In this document: piece after piece, positions 9,601-17,995 of the stretch
Numbering within the stretch: position 1 is the first letter of the stretch
Layout of the letters: each line of letters opens with the position of its first letter
From: Longivirga aurantiaca
GTDB lineage: Bacteria; Actinomycetota; Actinomycetes; S36-B12; CAIYMF01
Length of the DNA stretch: 32,000 nucleotides
Direction of reading: 5' to 3'
Assembly (NCBI RefSeq): GCF_042660085.1
Contig: NZ_JBHSTI010000008.1
Coordinates: 2,235,604 to 2,267,603 of the forward strand
Notes under the pieces: generated by a model
Told to the model about the DNA's origin: nothing
Database searches by the model: none
What the model saw: only the letters and a program-made list of their open reading frames with translations
Position numbers and translations under genes: made by a program

Positions 9601-10379
9601 GGGCCGGACAGCAGCGCGTCGGTGCCGCTGAACCGGGCGAACGCGATGGTGGCGATCTTGTGCTCGGGGTCGGGCACGCGCTCGCCGAGGTAGTCGCCGA
9701 GGGCCTGCGGGAAGAGGGCGCGGAGACGGTCGCCGTCGACGGTCGGGACCGGGTCGGGGGCGCGGAGCGGCGGCGCGACCGAGCGCCAGCGCAGCAGCAG
9801 CGCGCCGTCGTCACGCGGCCGGGTCGCGCCCCGTGGCAGCCGGGCGGCGGTGTCCGGCGTCACCACGATCTCGCCGGCGTTCGCGAGCTTCTCGGCGTCC
9901 GCGGTGGCGGTGGCGGCGGGGCCGAGGATGAGCAGCTCGCGGGTGGGCGCACCGACGAGGAAGAAGTCGACCGGGCCGGAGTGGATGCCCACCGACATGC
10001 GCAGCTTCAGCCGGCCGACCGAGGTCGGGATCGACGACGCGTCACGCAGCGCGATCCGCATGTCGACGGCAGCGGCGCAGGCGCGAACCGCGTGGTCGTC
10101 GCCCCGGAAGGTGAACAGCAGCGCGTCGCCGCCGAACTTCAGCAGCTCGCCGCCACGTGCCCCGGCCTGGGTGAGCATGCCGCCGAAGACGCGGTTGAGG
10201 GTCTCGATCAGCTCCTCGGCGCCGATGCGACCACGACGGGCGAGGCGCTCGGTGAGGGCGGTGAACCCGGAGATGTCGGCGAAGACGAGGGTGGCGTCGA
10301 CGTTCTGCCAGGAAGCACCGGGCGCCGCGTCGTCCCACTCGAGGGCGATCCGGGGCACGTGGCGTCGCAGGTCGGTCAC
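6621..10379 (-). CDS. Tandem class III adenylate/guanylate cyclase domains fused to an AAA/NACHT-like ATPase and TPR-like C-terminus
   Basis: 1252-aa ORF. Domain 1 has LVFADISGFTALTERL and GGELLKFGGDALLFTF. Domain 2 has YSAMGDTTNTAARI. P-loop GGTGTGKT (~8986-9030). Long Ala/Leu-rich helical repeat C-terminus. Confidence 0.9.
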   Translation of the reverse strand: MTDLRRHVPRIALEWDDAAPGASWQNVDATLVFADISGFTALTERLARRGRIGAEELIETLNRVFGGMLTQAGARGGELLKFGGDALLFTFRGDDHAVRACAAAVDMRIALRDASSIPTSVGRLKLRMSVGIHSGPVDFFLVGAPTRELLILGPAATATADAEKLANAGEIVVTPDTAARLPRGATRPRDDGALLLRWRSVAPPLRAPDPVPTVDGDRLRALFPQALGDYLGERVPDPEHKIATIAFARFSGTDALLSGPGPEAVAEALDGTVSVFMRAMNDEGVTLLATDLDSDGGKLFMGSGVPYSSEDDEGRMLRAMRRVLDVGTPLPLQIGVNRGHVFAAEVGTVDRAAYSAMGDTTNTAARIMGKAPHGVLFAHPTVLERSRTLFATTPAGPFPMKGKTVPVPVHSVGEETGTRGTGAGTSLPLLGRDAELDAIRSNVGRMLMGDGGVVVVSGGTGTGKTRVVAEALAGFDVRTITVRAEPYGATAPYRVLRDPVRALLDVERGTHDEMADAVRAGVRRLAPELLSFAPLLGDVVTVSMPETPEVRAIEPRFRPDRIADLILRLVETTFPGPLLLRVEEGHWADAASAHVLARFAAEAPRRPWALLVTRRDEGGFDPAGERVDLEPLDDDVIRRLVIAATAATPMRPHEIDEVVRRAGGNPLFVEEITRVFQEVGSLDSVPENLHSALDAQIDALDPHSRRILRYASVLGRSFRTEVLNETIRSDELVVDAATLSRLESFLEPDGSGRLRFRNGMIRDAAYEGLAYRLRAKLHAAAGRAVEKLSEDLEADSDTLSLHFWRGGDDAATWRYSRLAGDRAARAYANADAAVLYERALDAGRRVAEVPDLDKRDLYRRLGEVRDLAGMYEQSLDAFRLALRLSQSDPLMSATLLRQRAQVRQRSGAFGPALAELSKAEKLLDGETALDARRARVRLRSVRAGIRLEQERLQDALAIAETLLDEARETGEFEALEQALLTMDVAAFQLGDTSVGERTREALTVMDARGNSLRAFAAHGNLGGFAYYAGRWDEAVESFAAGRAAAQEVGDVVGAAIVALSLGEVLASQRRFDEADFVLTDAVRVLRVSGVPAFAAYGEVHRARVLLGRGDVEGAERHAQDAELELVALGQKVSALEAALVRVEALTRQGRTEDALTLLESNAGSATGEGVALQPRINLERARAHSAQGRYDDALAEAAAGVALADQYSLPFERAQLLRLQADVLAQSGDPEAARAAGADAAAVLQQLGVLDA

Positions 10380-10484
10380 GACCTATCCCTCCTCCCGCCC
10401 GGCGCGCCATGTGCGTCTGACCGCCGCCCCGCGGTCCCGCACGCTCACCGTAGGGGGTGAGGTGGGCCCGTGAGACGCGTTGTC

Positions 10485-11390
10485 TCAGGTCGTGGACCTC
10501 TTCGGGCGCGGACGGCGCTGCCCCGGGAGCCGCTGGCAGCCGGGGCACCAGTACAGGCGGCGGCCCTGCACGTCCTGCGCGGCGACGGGCACTCCGCAGC
10601 GCAGGCACGCGCGGCCCTGCCGGCGGTACACGTACACGCCGGTGCTGCGCCGCAGCCGCCGGATCTGCGGGGAGTCCTCGCCGCCGTCGAGCTCTGGGTC
10701 GTCGGCCGCCGGCCGGTCGGCGTCGAGCTCGGCCATCGCGTCCATGTCGCCGGGGTCGAGCGTGACGATGCGCCCACGGCGTACGCCGTCGTTCATGAGC
10801 AGGACGAGGTCGGCCCACATCGCGTCGAGCACGGCCGGCCGCAGCAGGCGTCCCTCGAGGAACGGCGAGACGCCGTGCCGGTAGAGCAGCTCGGCGCGGT
10901 AGATGTTGCCGACGCCCGAGAGCACCGCCTGGTCCATCAGCAACGTGCCGACGGTCGCCCGGCTGCCCAGGATCCGTGCCTTGGCGCGCTCGGGTTCCGC
11001 GTCGGCGCGGAGCGGGTCGGGCCCGAGACGCGCGACGATCGCCTCCCGCCCGAGGGGCCCGACGAGGTCGCAGGCCGTCGGTCCGCGCAGGTCGGCGTAC
11101 CAGGTGGGGCTCTCGAGCCGCCAGCGGACGGCGCCGCGCGGCTCGGGCGCGGGCGACTTCGCCTTCTGCATCGTGCCGTAGAGGCCGAGGTGCACGTGCA
11201 CGACCTCGCCGCCCTCGAAGCTCACGAAGAGGTGCTTGCCGTACGCCTCGGCCTCCTCGAGGACGCGGCCGGTGAGGATCTGCGCCCCGGAGTCGAACCG
11301 CCCCTGCGGGCTGGAGGACGCGACGACGTCACCGGCGAACGTCCGGTGCAGGCCACGGGCGAGCCGGTGGAGGCTGTGGCCCTCGGGCAC
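10485..11390 (-). CDS. Fpg/Nei family DNA glycosylase (endonuclease VIII-like)
   Basis: GTG start gives VPEGHSLHRLARGLHRTFAG. MDQAVLSGVGNIYRAELLYRHGVSPF and a C-terminal zinc finger CLRCG...WCPGCQ are present. Confidence 0.9.
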   Translation of the reverse strand: MPEGHSLHRLARGLHRTFAGDVVASSSPQGRFDSGAQILTGRVLEEAEAYGKHLFVSFEGGEVVHVHLGLYGTMQKAKSPAPEPRGAVRWRLESPTWYADLRGPTACDLVGPLGREAIVARLGPDPLRADAEPERAKARILGSRATVGTLLMDQAVLSGVGNIYRAELLYRHGVSPFLEGRLLRPAVLDAMWADLVLLMNDGVRRGRIVTLDPGDMDAMAELDADRPAADDPELDGGEDSPQIRRLRRSTGVYVYRRQGRACLRCGVPVAAQDVQGRRLYWCPGCQRLPGQRRPRPKRSTT

Positions 11391-11425
11391 CGGCGTCGCA
11401 CCTCGTCTCGCGTTACGGTCGTGGC

Positions 11426-11626
11426 ATGGGCAAGGAGAAGCGTGCACCGTCGCGCGGCGACGAGCATCCCGACGACCGGGCGCTCGACCGCCTCGCCGAC
11501 CGCGGACCGTCGCGGGTCGGGGTGGACGGTGCGCTGCGCGCGCGGGACGTCTCGCGCCCGAGCCGGGCTCAGGTGGCCGCGGCCCAGAAGACGGTGAAGC
11601 CCCGGACGGGCCCGCCCATCACCTAG
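11426..11626 (+). CDS. Small conserved-looking hypothetical protein (66 aa)
   Basis: MGKEKRAPSRGDEHPDDRALDRLADRGPSRVGVDGALRARDVSRPSRAQ...; fits the gap between nei and rpiB with only a stop-codon overlap. Confidence 0.55.
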   Translation: MGKEKRAPSRGDEHPDDRALDRLADRGPSRVGVDGALRARDVSRPSRAQVAAAQKTVKPRTGPPIT

Positions 11627-12078
11627 AACGAGCCGGTGGCCTCGTACGTCGCGAGCAGGTCGATGCGGCGCTGGTGGCGCGCGTCGCCGCTGAACGGGGT
11701 GGCGAGGAACGCGTCCACGATGGCGAGCGCGGCCGCCTCCTCGTGCTGGCGGGCGCCGATGCCCATGACGTTGGCGTCGTTGTGCTGGCGCGCGAGCTCG
11801 GCGATCTCGACCGACCAGACCAGCGCCGCGCGCACGCCCGCCACCTTGTTGGCCGCGATCTGCTCGCCGTTGCCCGACCCGCCGATCACGATGCCGAGGC
11901 TGCCCGGGTCGTCGACGACGGCCTGGGCCGCCGCGACGCAGAACGGCGGGTAGTCGTCGAGGGCGTCGTACGCGTGGGCACCGTGGTCGACCACGTCGTG
12001 GCCCGCGGACCGCAGGTGGTCGGCGAGGACGGCCTTGAGCTCGAATCCGGCATGGTCGGCACCCAGGTGTACGCGCAT
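11623..12078 (-). CDS. rpiB: Ribose-5-phosphate isomerase B / RpiB-LacA family isomerase
   Basis: MRVHLGADHAGFELKAVLADHL...GIVIGGSGNGEQIAANKVAGVRAALVWSVEIAELARQHNDANVMGIGAR. Confidence 0.95.
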   Translation of the reverse strand: MRVHLGADHAGFELKAVLADHLRSAGHDVVDHGAHAYDALDDYPPFCVAAAQAVVDDPGSLGIVIGGSGNGEQIAANKVAGVRAALVWSVEIAELARQHNDANVMGIGARQHEEAAALAIVDAFLATPFSGDARHQRRIDLLATYEATGSF

Positions 12079-12386
12079 GAGCCGATCGTGCCAGCCCGCC
12101 GACGTCAGTCGAGGACCGGCCCCTGGTCGCGGCTGCGTGTGATCCCGGAGATCGCGGGTGCGCCGGCGCCCTGGCGCGACCGCAGGATCCGGACAGATCG
12201 GGCGTCCCGACCGGCGAACCTGCGGCGTAGGGGCGGGGTCGGCAGGAGGTGCACGGGTGCAGCGGCCCACCCGTGCGAGGATGTCCCGATCGACGGCGAG
12301 GCCGCCGTGCCCCGGGGGCGCCGGCAGCCTCGTCGTCCGCGCGACGGGTGACCGTCGCTCTGGGGCAGGTGCGGAAGGACGGTCCG

Positions 12387-14945
12387 GTGACGGCCACGAA
12401 CATCACGCGCGCTGAGGCGGCCGAGCGGTCGACGCTCGTCGCGGTGCAGGGGTACGACGTCGTGCTCGATCTCGCCTCGGCGACGACCAGCGCGGGCACG
12501 TTCACGAGCAGCACCACCGTGCGCTTCACGGCCACGCCGGGCGCCTCGACCTGGATCGACATCATCGCGCCGACCGTGCGCCGAGCCGTCCTCAACGGGG
12601 TCGACCTCGACGTCGCCGCGTTCACGGGCACCCGCCTCCCGCTCACCGGCCTGGCCGCCGACAACCTCCTCGTCGTCGACGCCGACTGCGCCTACATGCG
12701 CACCGGCGAGGGGCTGCACCGGTTCGTCGACCCGGTCGACGGAGGCGTCTACCTCTACTCCCAGTTCGAGGTGGCCGACGCGCGCCGGATGTACGCCTGC
12801 TTCGACCAGCCCGATCTCAAGGGCACGTTCTCGCTCACGGTCACCGCCCCGTCGGAGTGGCAGGTCGTCTCCAACTCCCCCACGCCTCTGCCTGTCGACG
12901 TCGGTGGCGGCCTCGCCCGCTGGGCGTTCGGCGCGACGCCGCGGATCTCGCCGTACATCACGGCGCTGGTCGCGGGGCCGTACCACGTGGTGCGCGACGA
13001 GTACGTCGGGCCGCACGGCACCTACCCGCTCGGTGTGTTCTGCCGCGCGAGCCTCGCCGAGCACCTCGACGCCGACGTCGTCCTGCTCGAGACCAAGCAG
13101 GGCTTCGAGTTCTTCGAGTCGCAGTTCCAGACGCCGTACCCCTTCGAGAAGTACGACCAGCTCTTCGTGCCGGAGTTCAACGCGGGCGCGATGGAGAACG
13201 CGGGCTGCGTGACGATCCTGGAGGACTACGTCTTCCGCTCGCGCGTCACCGACTACTACTTCGAGCAGCGCGCCAACACGATCCTGCACGAGCTCGCGCA
13301 CATGTGGTTCGGCGACCTCGTGACGATGACGTGGTGGGACGACCTCTGGCTCAACGAGTCGTTCGCCGAGTGGGCGGCTCACTGGGCGAACGTCAACGCC
13401 ACCCGCTATCGCGACGCGTGGACGACGTTCCTGATCCAGCGCAAGGGCTGGGCGTACCGCCAGGCGCAGCTGTCCTCGACGCACCCGATCGCGGCCGACA
13501 TGGTCGACCTCGAGGCGGTCGAGGTGAACTTCGACGGCATCACCTACGCCCAGGGCGCGGCCTCGCTGCGCCAGCTCGTCGCGTGGGTCGGCGAGAAGGA
13601 GTTCCTCGAGGGGCTCACGTCGTACTTCACCAAGCACGCGTGGGGCAACACCCGGCTCGCCGACCTGCTGACCGAGCTCGAGGCATCGAGCGGGCGAGAC
13701 CTCTCCGGCTGGACGACGGCGTGGCTCGAGACCGCCGGCGTCAACCTGCTGCGCCCCGAGGTGGTCGTGGCCGAGGACGGCACGTACGCGTCGGTCGCCG
13801 TCCTGCAGGAGCCGCCGTCGAGCCCGCCCGGCCTGCACCCCGTGCTGCGCCCCCACCGCATCGCCGTCGGCCTCTACGAGCGGACCCCCGACGGCCTGCA
13901 GCGCCTGAAGCGCCTCGAGATCGACGTCGTCGGCGAGCGCACCGAGGTGGAGGAGCTGCGCGGCGTCGCGCAGCCCGACCTGCTGCTGCTCAACGACGAC
14001 GACCTGACCTTCGCCAAGATCCGGCTCGACGACCACTCGCTGCGGACCGCCGTCGAGTCGTTCGACCAGCTGCGCGAGCCGATGCCCCGCGCCCTGGTGT
14101 GGGCCGCGGCGTGGGACATGCTCCGCGATGCCGAGATGCCGATGCGCGACTGGCTGGCGCTGCTGGAGTCGGGCCTGCCGACAGAGCGCGACATGAGCAT
14201 CACGCACACGCTGCTCTCGCAGACCAAGGCCGCCATCGAGCAGTTCTCCGAGCCGAGCCGCCGCGAGCAGTACCGCGACCGCTGGGCGGCCCTGACGCTG
14301 CGGCTGCTCGACGAGTCCGCCGATGGGTCCGACCTTCAGCTGGCGTACGCCCGCGCCTTCGCCGCGACGGCGCGCACCGCCGAGCACATCGCGCTGCTGC
14401 GCGGCTGGCTCAGCGAGGGCTCGGCGCCGTCCGGACTCGCGATCGACACCGACCTCCGGTGGACGCTGCTCCAGCGCCTGCTCGCCCTCGGCGCGGCCGA
14501 CCCGGCGGAGATCGACGCCGAGCTGACGCGCGACAACACCGCGAGCGGGCACCGGCAGGCCGCGACCGCCCGGGCGCTGGTGCCGACCATGGCGGCCAAG
14601 GAGGAGGCGTTCCGCGCAGCCGTCGAGAGCGACGAGCTGCCCAACGCGCTGCTCACCGCGACCGTCATGGGCTTCGCCTCGGCGGATGCCCGCGAGCTGC
14701 ACCGGGCGTTCCTCGACCGCTACTTCGACGCGATCCCCACTGTGTGGGCCGACCGCACGAACGAGACCGCGCAGACGATCGTCATGGGCTTCTACCCCGC
14801 GCAGATCGTCGAGCAGGAGACGCTCGACCTGACCGACCGCTTCCTCGCGCGGGACGATGTCCCCGCCGGTGCGCGCAGGCTCGTCCGCGAGGGCCGCGAC
14901 GGCATCGAGCGCTCCCTGCGCTGCCAGGCCCGCGACGCCTCCTGA
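12387..14945 (+). CDS. pepN: Aminopeptidase N (M1 family)
   Basis: GTG at 12387 (VTATNITRAEAAERS). GAMENAG substrate motif and HELAHMWFGDLVTMTWWDDLWLNESFAEW zinc site (HEXXH-X18-E). Confidence 0.95.
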   Translation: MTATNITRAEAAERSTLVAVQGYDVVLDLASATTSAGTFTSSTTVRFTATPGASTWIDIIAPTVRRAVLNGVDLDVAAFTGTRLPLTGLAADNLLVVDADCAYMRTGEGLHRFVDPVDGGVYLYSQFEVADARRMYACFDQPDLKGTFSLTVTAPSEWQVVSNSPTPLPVDVGGGLARWAFGATPRISPYITALVAGPYHVVRDEYVGPHGTYPLGVFCRASLAEHLDADVVLLETKQGFEFFESQFQTPYPFEKYDQLFVPEFNAGAMENAGCVTILEDYVFRSRVTDYYFEQRANTILHELAHMWFGDLVTMTWWDDLWLNESFAEWAAHWANVNATRYRDAWTTFLIQRKGWAYRQAQLSSTHPIAADMVDLEAVEVNFDGITYAQGAASLRQLVAWVGEKEFLEGLTSYFTKHAWGNTRLADLLTELEASSGRDLSGWTTAWLETAGVNLLRPEVVVAEDGTYASVAVLQEPPSSPPGLHPVLRPHRIAVGLYERTPDGLQRLKRLEIDVVGERTEVEELRGVAQPDLLLLNDDDLTFAKIRLDDHSLRTAVESFDQLREPMPRALVWAAAWDMLRDAEMPMRDWLALLESGLPTERDMSITHTLLSQTKAAIEQFSEPSRREQYRDRWAALTLRLLDESADGSDLQLAYARAFAATARTAEHIALLRGWLSEGSAPSGLAIDTDLRWTLLQRLLALGAADPAEIDAELTRDNTASGHRQAATARALVPTMAAKEEAFRAAVESDELPNALLTATVMGFASADARELHRAFLDRYFDAIPTVWADRTNETAQTIVMGFYPAQIVEQETLDLTDRFLARDDVPAGARRLVREGRDGIERSLRCQARDAS

Positions 14946-14977
14946 ACCCCTGACTACACCCGCCGAGGACAGAAGTC

Positions 14978-14993
14978 CGCCCCTGAGGGGGCG
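14978..14993. terminator. Hairpin between convergent pepN and DUF5130-like genes
   Basis: CGCCCC-TGAG-GGGGCG, 6-bp perfect stem in a 54-bp convergent gap; no clear U tract. Confidence 0.45.
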
Positions 14994-14999
14994 CGAGGG

Positions 15000-15389
15000 T
15001 TAGACGGTGTCGAGGTGCGGCAGGTGCGGTGCTCGCGCGTGCGCGCTGAGGAGCTGCAGACCGGCGCGCAGCCCGCCGACGAGGTCGCCGGCCGCGAATG
15101 ACGAGGTCATAGTGAGCGAGGCGAGGCCGCAGGTGCGGTCGCTGACCGACGTCGCAGCGCGCGAGCCGGTGACGATCTCGAGCGTCCTGGTGGTGGGATC
15201 GACGGCCACGAGGACGGTCTCGGATGCGGCCGCACCGCTCTCGGCGAGGATCCGCTCCGCGGACGCCCGCCCCTCGGGCATGGAGCCGACGTGGACCCGG
15301 AACATCAGCCCGCACGTGGTCTCAGCGGCGTGGACAGCCTGCTCGATCGCGAGCCGCTGCGACGGGCTGACGGGATCACCAACGGGCAC
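15000..15389 (-). CDS. DUF5130-like domain protein
   Basis: GTG start VPVGDPVSPSQRLAIEQAVHAAETTCGLMFRVHVGS...; directly downstream of pepN, convergent with it. Family name is from memory. Confidence 0.65.
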   Translation of the reverse strand: MPVGDPVSPSQRLAIEQAVHAAETTCGLMFRVHVGSMPEGRASAERILAESGAAASETVLVAVDPTTRTLEIVTGSRAATSVSDRTCGLASLTMTSSFAAGDLVGGLRAGLQLLSAHARAPHLPHLDTV

Positions 15390-15753
15390 TGGTGCCCCCG
15401 GTGCCCTCGGTCTGGTCCGACCCCGCGTCGAGCGCGACCGGCTCGCCCGCGGACGGTGCACCGACGGCCAGCGGGTCACCCGTCCAGGCGTCGGTCTCGT
15501 TGGCCCGGCCCGAACGCGTCCAGCCGGGAGCCTTGACGAGCAGCCACACGAGCGCGGCCACGACCAGCGGGATGCCCACGAACACGAGGAACGCCGTCCC
15601 GACAGACATCGTCGTCCCGCGCTGCTCGCCGTCGTCGAAGGTCAGGTCACGACCCGGAAGGGCTGCGGCGGGGCCGGCTGCCACGGCGGTGAGCGCGACG
15701 GCGGTGACGACGACTGCTGCGGCCCGGGAACGGGCGCGGAGGGTGGAGGCCAT
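15376..15753 (-). CDS. Small membrane protein with signal peptide/TM segment
   Basis: MASTLRARSRAAAVVVTAVALTAVAAGPAAALPG...TAFLVFVGIPLVVAALVWLLVKAPGW. Its stop overlaps the start of the next gene by 14 bp. Confidence 0.75.
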   Translation of the reverse strand: MASTLRARSRAAAVVVTAVALTAVAAGPAAALPGRDLTFDDGEQRGTTMSVGTAFLVFVGIPLVVAALVWLLVKAPGWTRSGRANETDAWTGDPLAVGAPSAGEPVALDAGSDQTEGTGGTSARW

Positions 15754-15809
15754 GGTCGGATCCTATTCCCGTCCGGCCGCACCCGGTGCCGCCAGCAGCA
15801 GCAGGCCGG

Positions 15810-17930
15810 TCACCCGGCGATGGTCGCGACCATCCGGCGCAGCAGCGCATTGCCCGGCAGGTCGTCCACGAGCACGGGGTTGCCAGCGCCGTCGGTCAGG
15901 GGCACCCGCCAGTTGGGGTACTCCTGGTCGGTGCCGGGCTGGTTCTGGGCGCGCTTGTCACCGACGGCGTCGGCGAGCGAGATGCACAGCAGCCGCGCGG
16001 GCGTCTGGGCGATCAGCCGGTGCAGCGCCTCGACCACCTCGTCGGCTCCCGCGCCCGGCCTCAGCAGACCACGACCCTGGAGCAGCCCGACCCAGGCGGC
16101 CAGGTCGCGCCGCGCCGCCTCGAGCTCCTCCTCGTACGACGTCGCCAGGAGGCCCAGCTCGTGCCGCAGCCGGACGTGCTCGCCCTCGATGAACGCCCAC
16201 GTGGGCGGGAGGTCGTGGGTGGTCACGCTCGTGAGGGCCAGCTCGCGCCAGTGCTCGGGGTGCAGCGGGGCGCCCTGCTGGTCGGCCTCGAACCACAGGA
16301 TCGAGGTGCCGAGGATGCCGCGCTCGCGCAGGACGTCCTGCACCCATGCCTCGACGGTGCCGAGGTCCTCGCCGATGACGACGGCGCCGGCGCGCTGCGC
16401 CTCGAGCGCGAGGATCCCGACGAGCGCCTCGTGGTCGTAGCGGACGTAGGTGCCGAGGTTGGCCGGCATGCCGCGCGGGATCCACCAGAGACGGAACAGG
16501 CCGAGCACGTGGTCGATGCGGATGCCGCCCGCGTGCCGCAGCACCGTGCGCAGCATGTCGCGGTACGGGATGAACGCGGCCTCGGCCAGGGCGTCCGGAC
16601 GCCACGGCGGCTGCGACCAGTCCTGCCCCATCTGGTTGTACATGTCCGGCGGTGCGCCGACGGCGACGTCCTTCGCGAGCACGTCGCGCAGGGCCCAGGC
16701 GTCGGCGCCCTCGGGGTGCACACCGACCGCGAGGTCGTGCATGACGCCGATGGCCATGCCGGAGTCGATCGCGGCCTCCTGCGCCGCCGCGAGCTGCTCG
16801 TCGAGCACCCACTGCAGCCAGGTGTGGAACTCCACGAGGTCGGCGAGCTCGGCGCGGGCCTTCTCGGTCGCCGGGCCCTTCGGGTCGGCGAGCTCCTCGG
16901 GCCAGTCGGCCGGCTGACCGTAGGTGTCGCCGAGGGCGCACCAGAGGGCGAAGTCGTCGAGGCCCGCGCCCTCGCGCTCGCGGAAGGCGGCGTAGCGCGC
17001 CCTGCGTCCCGGCGACAGCGGCACGGCATGCACGAACTCCAGCGCCGACCGCTTGGCCGCCCAGACGGGGTCGCGCTCGAGGAGGTCGGCCGTGACGTTG
17101 GTGGCCTTCACGGGCGCCGACAGCATCGTCATCGCCTTGTGCCCCGCCTCGGAGAGGTAGGCGTACTCCGGCACGTCCTCGACCCGGATGTAGATCGGGT
17201 TGGCGAAGCGGCGGGTCACGGGGAGGTACGGCGAGGGCGCCATCGGCGGCACGGGCGACGCCGCGTGCAGCGGGTTGATGAGCACGAAGTCGGCCCCGAG
17301 GTCGTGGCCGCTCCACGCCACGAGGTCGGAGAGGTCGCCGAGGTCGCCGAGGCCCCAGGAGCGGGAGGAGCGGACCGAGTACAGCTGGGCGCCGAAGCCC
17401 CAGCCACGACGGCCGCGGAGCCGCTCGGGCAGCTCGAGCCGGCGAGGGGTCACGACCAGCGTGGTGCCGATGGGACGGGTGCCGCCGTCGGCACTGCGCA
17501 GCTCGCCGTGCAACCGGTGCCAGCCCGTCGGCAGGTCGGTCGGGAAGGCGAACGTGGCCTCGCCGACCAGCGAGCCGTCGACGTCGACCGGCTCGACCCA
17601 CCGGTCGACCTGCACGACGTCGCTGCGGCTTCCGCCGTCCTCGAGCTCGATCCAGAGGCGCGCGCTGTCGCCGTGCGGGAGGTGGACCCAGGTGGTCGCC
17701 GGCTCGCCCTGACGGACCACGAACACCGGCGGCAACGCCTTGCGCCAGTCGCGCATCCGGCGCTCGTGCAGCGCCGAGGCGATCCCGCCCGGGCTGGTGG
17801 CGTCGACACCGAGGGCGGCGAGGACGGCGACCACGGTCTCGGTCGGCACCGCCTGGTGCTGGCCGGCCTGGTCCCAGAACTCCGTCGCTACGCCGTAGGC
17901 CGCCGCGAGGGCAGCAAGGTCAGTGTCCAC
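15810..17930 (-). CDS. malQ: 4-alpha-glucanotransferase
   Basis: 706-aa ORF with FVLINPLHAASPVPPMAPSPYLPVTRRFANPIYIR, IRIDHVLGLFRLWWIP, VVIGEDLGTVEAWV and TTHDLPPTWAF typical of GH77. Confidence 0.95.
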   Translation of the reverse strand: MDTDLAALAAAYGVATEFWDQAGQHQAVPTETVVAVLAALGVDATSPGGIASALHERRMRDWRKALPPVFVVRQGEPATTWVHLPHGDSARLWIELEDGGSRSDVVQVDRWVEPVDVDGSLVGEATFAFPTDLPTGWHRLHGELRSADGGTRPIGTTLVVTPRRLELPERLRGRRGWGFGAQLYSVRSSRSWGLGDLGDLSDLVAWSGHDLGADFVLINPLHAASPVPPMAPSPYLPVTRRFANPIYIRVEDVPEYAYLSEAGHKAMTMLSAPVKATNVTADLLERDPVWAAKRSALEFVHAVPLSPGRRARYAAFREREGAGLDDFALWCALGDTYGQPADWPEELADPKGPATEKARAELADLVEFHTWLQWVLDEQLAAAQEAAIDSGMAIGVMHDLAVGVHPEGADAWALRDVLAKDVAVGAPPDMYNQMGQDWSQPPWRPDALAEAAFIPYRDMLRTVLRHAGGIRIDHVLGLFRLWWIPRGMPANLGTYVRYDHEALVGILALEAQRAGAVVIGEDLGTVEAWVQDVLRERGILGTSILWFEADQQGAPLHPEHWRELALTSVTTHDLPPTWAFIEGEHVRLRHELGLLATSYEEELEAARRDLAAWVGLLQGRGLLRPGAGADEVVEALHRLIAQTPARLLCISLADAVGDKRAQNQPGTDQEYPNWRVPLTDGAGNPVLVDDLPGNALLRRMVATIAG

Positions 17931-17995
17931 GACCCCATCCTGCCCACTTCACGGGCCGGTATTCCAGACCGGGGGGCCTCCGGATGAAAACGCTG

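Noticed and set aside
1-10379. Idea that the NRPS, ankyrin lipoprotein, secreted protein and cyclase form one defence or signalling island
   Set aside because: Different strands, separate promoters, a strong terminator at 6537-6576 and no effector/nuclease/toxin motifs; no evidence for a joint function.
6702-10460. 1252-aa plus-strand ORF
   Set aside because: Antisense shadow of the cyclase/ATPase gene; no recognisable domain.
12158-12415. 85-aa plus-strand ORF in the rpiB-pepN gap
   Set aside because: Arg/Pro/Gly-rich, no ribosome binding site recognised, runs past the pepN start in another frame.
12105-14953. 865-aa minus ORF and 698-aa alternate-frame plus ORF
   Set aside because: Both overlap pepN, which has a full M1 signature; low-complexity Arg/Ala composition.
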